From the NCBI GenBank assembly GCA_051859245.1, contig JBHYGA010000001.1, positions 224,001-288,000 on the forward strand: a stretch of DNA of 64,000 bases, given 5' to 3'. The notes below the pieces were generated by a model that was not told the origin of the DNA, ran no database searches, and saw only the letters and a program-made list of their open reading frames with translations. The translations under genes were made by a program, and so were the position numbers. The stretch comes from Gemmatimonadaceae bacterium. GTDB lineage: Bacteria > Gemmatimonadota > Gemmatimonadetes > Gemmatimonadales > Gemmatimonadaceae. This document shows positions 58,830 through 64,000 of the stretch, piece by piece (the first letter of the stretch is position 1; the number at the start of each line of letters is the position of its first letter).

Positions 58830-59552
58830 CTACGCCCGGTCACGCGTCCTCGTTGTGCCATGAGAAAACGCGGCGACTTCAAGTCGGCTTCGCAATGAGA
58901 GCTTCTCGAGAATGTTGTGCACATGGCTTTTGACGGTGTGAATCGCAATGTGCAGCTGATTCGCGATGTCTTTATTGCTCAGCCCCTTCCCAAGCAGGTC
59001 AATGATCTGGCGCTCGCGTGTGGTCAGGTGTACGCCCTCTTCAAGCACGGACCGATCCTGCACGTGCTCATCGCGAATGATCTGCGAGAAGAGTGAGTGC
59101 GTGAGGGCGCGTGGCAATACCTGCTCGCCTCGGGCGACAGCATCAATGGTGGACACAAATTCGTCGAAGGTTGCGTCTTTCATGATGAAGCCCGCGACGC
59201 CAACACGCACGTAAGCCGCCACATCTTCGTGTGCGGCGCTGAGCCCCATCAGGATGACGCGGAGCAGCGGCGCTTCATTGCGCAGTCTGGACGCCGTCTC
59301 GAGACTATCCTCGTCAACCAAACCGAGGTCGAGCAGGAGCACATCAGGCGCATCGTGCGCCATGATGTGCAGCACGTCGTCTACGCTCGCTGACGCGCGC
59401 ACCACGCGGTACTCGGGCCGAAGCCGAAGCATGGCCGCGATGCCTTCGCGCAACAAGCGATTGTCGTCTACCAGGGCGACGGCGATGGTGGCGCGTTCGA
59501 CCTGTGGCTCTGGTGGATGTGGTGCGGGTCGCGTTGTGGCAGTTACTCCCAT
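58830..59552 (-). CDS. NarL/FixJ family response regulator
   Basis: GAGG RBS, VDDN, LLDLGL, MKD, LuxR HTH. Confidence 0.94.
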   Translation of the reverse strand: MGVTATTRPAPHPPEPQVERATIAVALVDDNRLLREGIAAMLRLRPEYRVVRASASVDDVLHIMAHDAPDVLLLDLGLVDEDSLETASRLRNEAPLLRVILMGLSAAHEDVAAYVRVGVAGFIMKDATFDEFVSTIDAVARGEQVLPRALTHSLFSQIIRDEHVQDRSVLEEGVHLTTRERQIIDLLGKGLSNKDIANQLHIAIHTVKSHVHNILEKLSLRSRLEVAAFSHGTTRTRDRA

Positions 59553-59743
59553 TGGTCCTCTCGGATTGCAACTACTGACCGCGGGATTTGCCGCCTGGGG
59601 CCAGGCGAGCTGGCGCTAGCGCTTCAGATATCCTGAAGTACGAGAGCACTCGGCCGCTGCCTGTTCATGACAGGGCTTGAAGTGGAAGCTAGCCGGAAAC
59701 CGAACATTGACCAATCGCTCCAAGGAGCGACCGGGCTCGACCG

Positions 59744-59959
59744 CTAGCTCTTCTTGCCAGTCAAGACCAACACGCCACCAACGACAAGCGCCCCAATCCC
59801 GGCCCACATCGGCACGTTCACGTTTTTCTTTTCCTCCACGTTCAGCTCGAGCGAGCCCACCTTGAAGGCCGTCTCTTCCTTGGTGTAGCTGAAGCCACCG
59901 TACGCGAGGGCGAGTGCACCCAGCACGATCAAGACGATGCCCAACATTTTGGTGTTCAT
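59744..59959 (-). CDS. Small two-TM membrane protein (DUF3185-like)
   Basis: GIVLIVLG.LAL.YGGFSYT..K.GSLE..P.WAG. Confidence 0.8.
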   Translation of the reverse strand: MNTKMLGIVLIVLGALALAYGGFSYTKEETAFKVGSLELNVEEKKNVNVPMWAGIGALVVGGVLVLTGKKS

Positions 59960-60096
59960 ACGGAGACTCGGGGAAAAATGCGCACTGGTACGGCACCAGG
60001 CGAGCGTAAACATGGTGCACGGGAGAGCGCATTGTAATACGCACCTCTCAACCCCAACATCTCTCTGAGTGTGAAGGCCGTTCTATTCCCTGAGAG

Positions 60097-61641
60097 TCAT
60101 GCTTCGTTGGCGAGCACGTCGAGAAACTCGTCGCCGTAACGTTCCAGTTTCGCTTGCCCCACACCGGGCACCTGCAGCAGCTCGCTCGGCGTGGCCGGTC
60201 TGCGCGCGACCATTTCAAGCAGCACCTTGTCGCCAAAAACGATGTATGCTGGCACGCCTGCCTCATCGGCTAACTCGCGCCGCCGCGCACGCAATGCATC
60301 AAAAAGCGCGCGATCCGAAGCGTCGAGATCGTTCACATCAAACGCGGATGGCGCACGATCACGCGGCGCGCGCCACCGCGACTCGGTCGCAACCGTTGCC
60401 ACCGCCGCCAGTCGAGACTCCACCGACTGCCCCGTGCAATGATCACACGCATCACCACACGCGTCGATCGATTCGTCGAAGTGCGCCACCAACGCCTGAT
60501 GTCGGCACGCGGAACGCTCCACCAGTTCAAACAAACGAACCGTGGCGGCATGCGTCCGCTTGCGCAGCGCGTCGTCTTCCACACGATCGAGGAATCGCTC
60601 GTGCATTTTCACGTCCGCCCACGAGTAGAACAGCACGCAGTCACTCGGCAGGCCGTCTCGTCCGGCGCGGCCGATTTCCTGATACCACGATTCGATATCC
60701 TTCGGCATGTCACGGTGAATCACAAACCGCACGTTGGGCTTGTCGATGCCCATGCCAAACGCAACGGTTGCCACAATCACGTCGCAGTTGTCGCGTTGAA
60801 AACTGTCCTGATTGCGTGCACGAATGTTCGCGTCGAGTCCGGCGTGGTAGGGCAGGGCACGTACACCCTGACTCACCAGAAAATCGGTCGTTTGCTCTAC
60901 GCTGTTGCGACTCTGGCAGTAGACAATTCCGCTTTCGCCGGCGTGCGAGCGAATGAGCGTGAGAATTTCGCGTCGCGTGTCGCCGCCCTGTCCTTTCTTT
61001 CGCACCCCCACACGCAAGTTCGGGCGAAAGAACGACCCTTTGAAGCCAGCCGGCTTTTTCATGCCGAGCTGTCGCAGAATATCTCGTGCGACGTCTCGCG
61101 TGGCGGTGGCCGTCAGCGCGAGCACCGGCACGTTGAGCTCGTGCTTGAGTCCCTGCAGGCGCCGATACGACGGACGGAAGTCGTGCCCCCACTGACTGAT
61201 GCAATGCGCTTCGTCGACCACGAGCAAGGCAATCGGACAGCCGAGCACAAATGAGCCCAGCGAGCCATCAAGCGCTTCGGGGGCGAGAAACACGAGCTCG
61301 TACGCGCCGGCGCGAAAGGCTTCGAGGCGCGCGCGGCGCTCGTCGGGCTCCAGTGTGGAGTTGATCGCGGTGACTTTGAAACCAAGCGCGGCGACGGCGT
61401 CCACCTGATCCTTCATCAGCGAGATAAGCGGTGAAATCACCAGCACCGTACCGCTCAGCAACTTGGCCGGCAGCTGGTAGGTGAGCGACTTGCCCGCCCC
61501 CGTGGGCATGAGCGCAATGCAATCGCGCCCCGCCAACACGGCATCGATCACTTCACGCTGCCCCGGCCGGAACGAAGAGTAGCCGAAGACGTCGCGCAGA
61601 ACGGCGTCGCACGAAGGCAACGATTCTTCAACCGCGTGCAT
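60097..61641 (-). CDS. recQ: RecQ family DNA helicase with HRDC domain
   Basis: [49 protein letters not shown], Zn Cys cluster, HRDC. Confidence 0.95.
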   Translation of the reverse strand: MHAVEESLPSCDAVLRDVFGYSSFRPGQREVIDAVLAGRDCIALMPTGAGKSLTYQLPAKLLSGTVLVISPLISLMKDQVDAVAALGFKVTAINSTLEPDERRARLEAFRAGAYELVFLAPEALDGSLGSFVLGCPIALLVVDEAHCISQWGHDFRPSYRRLQGLKHELNVPVLALTATATRDVARDILRQLGMKKPAGFKGSFFRPNLRVGVRKKGQGGDTRREILTLIRSHAGESGIVYCQSRNSVEQTTDFLVSQGVRALPYHAGLDANIRARNQDSFQRDNCDVIVATVAFGMGIDKPNVRFVIHRDMPKDIESWYQEIGRAGRDGLPSDCVLFYSWADVKMHERFLDRVEDDALRKRTHAATVRLFELVERSACRHQALVAHFDESIDACGDACDHCTGQSVESRLAAVATVATESRWRAPRDRAPSAFDVNDLDASDRALFDALRARRRELADEAGVPAYIVFGDKVLLEMVARRPATPSELLQVPGVGQAKLERYGDEFLDVLANEA

Positions 61642-61713
61642 GGAATGGGAAAGCGGTATATTGTGGGGCGTGGGACTGTGACGATGTCCAACAATAAACG
61701 CCCGGAGCCGAGG

Positions 61714-62283
61714 ATGCACGCAGCCTCTCGCATTTTGCTACTGCTTGGTGCGCCCGTATTCGTTGTGCTGCGCCCAACTGTCGCGAGCGACCACAGCGCG
61801 GTGCGCAAATGCACCGCGCCTGTTTCGGCAACGCCGCAATACTTTGTTGATGGGCGTACATCGGACCTGGCAGCCGTCAAAACGATTCCTGAAACCGATA
61901 TCATCGACGTGACGGTGCTGTGCGTCAGTCCGGTTGATTACACGGTGATCAAACCCGGCACAAAAGCACCCGGCCTGCCAGCAATCGCCATCTGGACGGC
62001 GCATGGGCCGTCGGTGCAGCTGCAACCGTTGCTCAAGAAGATCAACGACGCGCAACAAGCGCATTTCGCAGCGACAGGCAACTACGCCACCACGATAGGT
62101 GCGCTGTCGCTGGGCCCAGTCTCAAACGATGTGCGCGTCACGCTCAACGCGACCGCGACGCAGTGGCGCGCGGATGCGGAAGTCAACCGACCCACCTCTC
62201 CCCGGTGCACCGTATTTGATGGCGCACTCGATGTCCCGATCCTAGGCCCCAAAGGCGTGGTGCGGTGCTCCGGTCCCGCATAG
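61714..62283 (+). CDS. Secreted hypothetical protein (plug-like fragment plus pilin-like C-terminus)
   Basis: GGAG RBS, signal peptide, [27 protein letters not shown], terminal Cys pair. Confidence 0.65.
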   Translation: MHAASRILLLLGAPVFVVLRPTVASDHSAVRKCTAPVSATPQYFVDGRTSDLAAVKTIPETDIIDVTVLCVSPVDYTVIKPGTKAPGLPAIAIWTAHGPSVQLQPLLKKINDAQQAHFAATGNYATTIGALSLGPVSNDVRVTLNATATQWRADAEVNRPTSPRCTVFDGALDVPILGPKGVVRCSGPA

Positions 62284-62355
62284 CGCAACCGGAGTCGCAA
62301 TGAACCGTGCACAAGGTGGAAGACCAAAACGCACTCGGCCATCCACGCTTGGCGT

Positions 62356-62439
62356 TTAACGGCCTCGGCGCGACCAGCCCCAGCCGCCGCCAAAGATCAG
62401 GACGAGTACAACAATGATCAGCAGCGTATTGGTAGACAT
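62356..62439 (-). CDS. Small membrane peptide (27 aa) not in the ORF track
   Basis: MSTNTLLIIVVLVLIFGGGWGWSRRGR; AGGA RBS. Confidence 0.75.
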   Translation of the reverse strand: MSTNTLLIIVVLVLIFGGGWGWSRRGR

Positions 62440-62591
62440 GTTGATCCTGGGCAGTAAGAACATTCGCTGCGTGACGACTCACAGTGCGCCGTCGATGAAC
62501 AGCAGCGATATTCGAAACCTAGGCGTATCGGTTGCGCAGGCTATTGCTCAAACGATGGATCTGCATCTGCTCCCGTCGAGCAGTTGCGTCG

Positions 62592-63092
62592 CTACTCGTC
62601 CAGCTGCTCTGGTTCGAGCACAGGCAGCAACTGAATCAACACCGCGTCGCACTGTCGTTTGTCGAGGTACAGTCTGGCGACAGACGGAGACGGCCCAACA
62701 AACACGTCGCCAGCCGCACCCGGATTGATCACGAGTCGCCGCGCCGCGCGCGTGATCAGTGGCAGGTTGGAGTGCGCATAGACAATCACATCGGCGTGCA
62801 TGTACGCCGACACCAGACGCGGCGGATCCGGCCGCTCCAGCTCGTGTCCGTACGAGACGACCACGTGCAGTTGCTCAAGCCGTTCGTCGATGCGTGGCAC
62901 GCTGCTACCCACAAACGCGGCGTCCTGAGGACCACGCACCGCGCGTGTGGGTGCGATGGCCGACAGGTCCTGAAGTACCGACGCGGAGCCGATGTTGCCC
63001 ACGTGAAAAATGAAGTCGACACCGCGCAGGGCACGGTGCACCTCCGGCCGAAGCACGCCCTGCGTTTCGGCGATCAGTCCAATAGTGAGCAT
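62592..63092 (-). CDS. YfcE/Vps29-type metallophosphoesterase homologue with substituted metal ligands
   Basis: Scaffold IGLI..T.G.LRPEV, AVRG..D, INPGAAG retained; catalytic motifs altered. Confidence 0.8.
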   Translation of the reverse strand: MLTIGLIAETQGVLRPEVHRALRGVDFIFHVGNIGSASVLQDLSAIAPTRAVRGPQDAAFVGSSVPRIDERLEQLHVVVSYGHELERPDPPRLVSAYMHADVIVYAHSNLPLITRAARRLVINPGAAGDVFVGPSPSVARLYLDKRQCDAVLIQLLPVLEPEQLDE

Positions 63093-63100
63093 CTCACAAC

Positions 63101-63631
63101 TTACACCCGTCCGAGCTGTTCCGTTGACTGCCCCAGCAGCACGAGCAAACGCGCGACAAGTGTGTCGGGTGAGTCCGACACGTCGAACGGTTCACCGAGG
63201 GAAGCGTGTGTCTCGTACAACGCCTGCCGTTCGGCGACCAACGTGACGCGCTCAAACTCCGTCTCATCAATCGCTCGCGCGCCTTGACGCGCCGCCACTC
63301 GAGCGAGGTTCGCGTCCAGCGAAAGCGTGAGCAGAAAGGTGCGAATCTCCGTTTCCGGGTGATCGGTGCGAAGTCGCCGGTACAGGTGGTCCAGCGCCGC
63401 TGGAGTGACCCAGAGGTGATTGATGACAAAGTGCACGTACCCTGCACGGCGATGGTGCGCCACAAGGAGCGCCAGTGTGTCGTGCAGATACGCGATCTCA
63501 TCTGCGGGTGGCGGATTGACCGCCACGATGTAATCGCCGTCGAGCATCACGCAGCGATCGAGATGCTCCATGAGCAACTCCGCGAGCGTTGACTTGCCGA
63601 TGCCGAGCGGGCCGTTGAGTACGATGATCAT
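63101..63631 (-). CDS. P-loop nucleotide kinase-like (AAA) protein
   Basis: MIIVLNGPLGIGKST, LDGD, R..R lid. Confidence 0.85.
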   Translation of the reverse strand: MIIVLNGPLGIGKSTLAELLMEHLDRCVMLDGDYIVAVNPPPADEIAYLHDTLALLVAHHRRAGYVHFVINHLWVTPAALDHLYRRLRTDHPETEIRTFLLTLSLDANLARVAARQGARAIDETEFERVTLVAERQALYETHASLGEPFDVSDSPDTLVARLLVLLGQSTEQLGRV

Positions 63632-64000
63632 GCGGTATCTGAGTGCTGCGGGCGAGCGCCGTCTCGCGATGTGACGCGCGCCAACGTTGTGGGACCCGCA
63701 CGACGGATCCACCGCGACGCCACGATCATGATGAGAGCAGTCGCTCCTGCGACGGCCAGTGCAAATGAGGGGCCGGGGCCCCCGACTGGACGCGTTGCCG
63801 GGTGTCGCGTGATCGTTTCTGATGCGAAAGCGGCAATCAGACCCGCGTACGAAAAGGTCATCCAGTAGTAGTGGCGCTCCACCCACATGTCGCGCGCAGT
63901 TGGGGCGCGCGCGAGCCGATGTTGTCGGGCGCGTACGGCGCTCACTGTGCCGCTGACTAACGTGCCAAGACTGACCAGAGCGAACACATGAAACGGGCCA
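63628..64000 (-). CDS. DUF2306-like membrane protein, 5'-truncated by the window edge
   Basis: GPFH.FA..S, H..WM.FSY.GL.AA..SE; ATGA overlap with the kinase. Confidence 0.7.
   Translation of the reverse strand, partial: GPFHVFALVSLGTLVSGTVSAVRARQHRLARAPTARDMWVERHYYWMTFSYAGLIAAFASETITRHPATRPVGGPGPSFALAVAGATALIMIVASRWIRRAGPTTLARVTSRDGARPQHSDTA

Noticed and set aside
39639..59639. Shared 10-mer ATCCTGAAGT upstream of csbD and of the RR at 59552
   Set aside because: Only two copies at different distances from the start codons; plausible by chance
39340..60097. att sites or integrase bounding the island
   Set aside because: Only a 7-bp match (aaggccg) near both ends, which is chance level; no integrase

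Overview
GC-rich bacterial chromosomal segment. The gene content suggests Gemmatimonadota, but this is inference only: BTAD/TolB-N/TPR regulator, carboxypeptidase-regulatory-domain proteins, DUF885, DUF5117 metzincin. I found about 55 CDS and no rRNA, tRNA or CRISPR array. Left arm: ggt, a Met/Cys PLP lyase with its Lrp regulator, an ECF sigma/FecR/TonB-receptor cell-surface signalling unit whose promoter motif (GTAGGGT-N13-CGTGTA) can be read twice, a Fur-boxed PepSY gene, matBC and secreted peptidases. Middle: an uncharacterised LuxR/BTAD-receptor/orphan module, a stand-alone dnaE2 with a ~220-aa low-complexity insertion and a candidate SOS direct repeat, a PYP homologue retaining Y42/E46/C69, a CsoR-type cupA-copA operon and glnS. 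Between glnS and recQ (39.4-60 kb) lies a putative stress/cryoprotection island: csbD, degenerate kinases and response regulators, DUF1990 x2, SRPBCC, an IS3 relic, a cyclic beta-1,2-glucan synthase and a PEP-CTERM ice-binding protein (both with sigma-54-type promoters), and a coupled RR-hypothetical-KaiC-like-PAS kinase operon. The right end has recQ, an unannotated 27-aa membrane peptide and a metallophosphoesterase that has lost most of its metal ligands. Family names come from motif recognition by eye; no database search was run.
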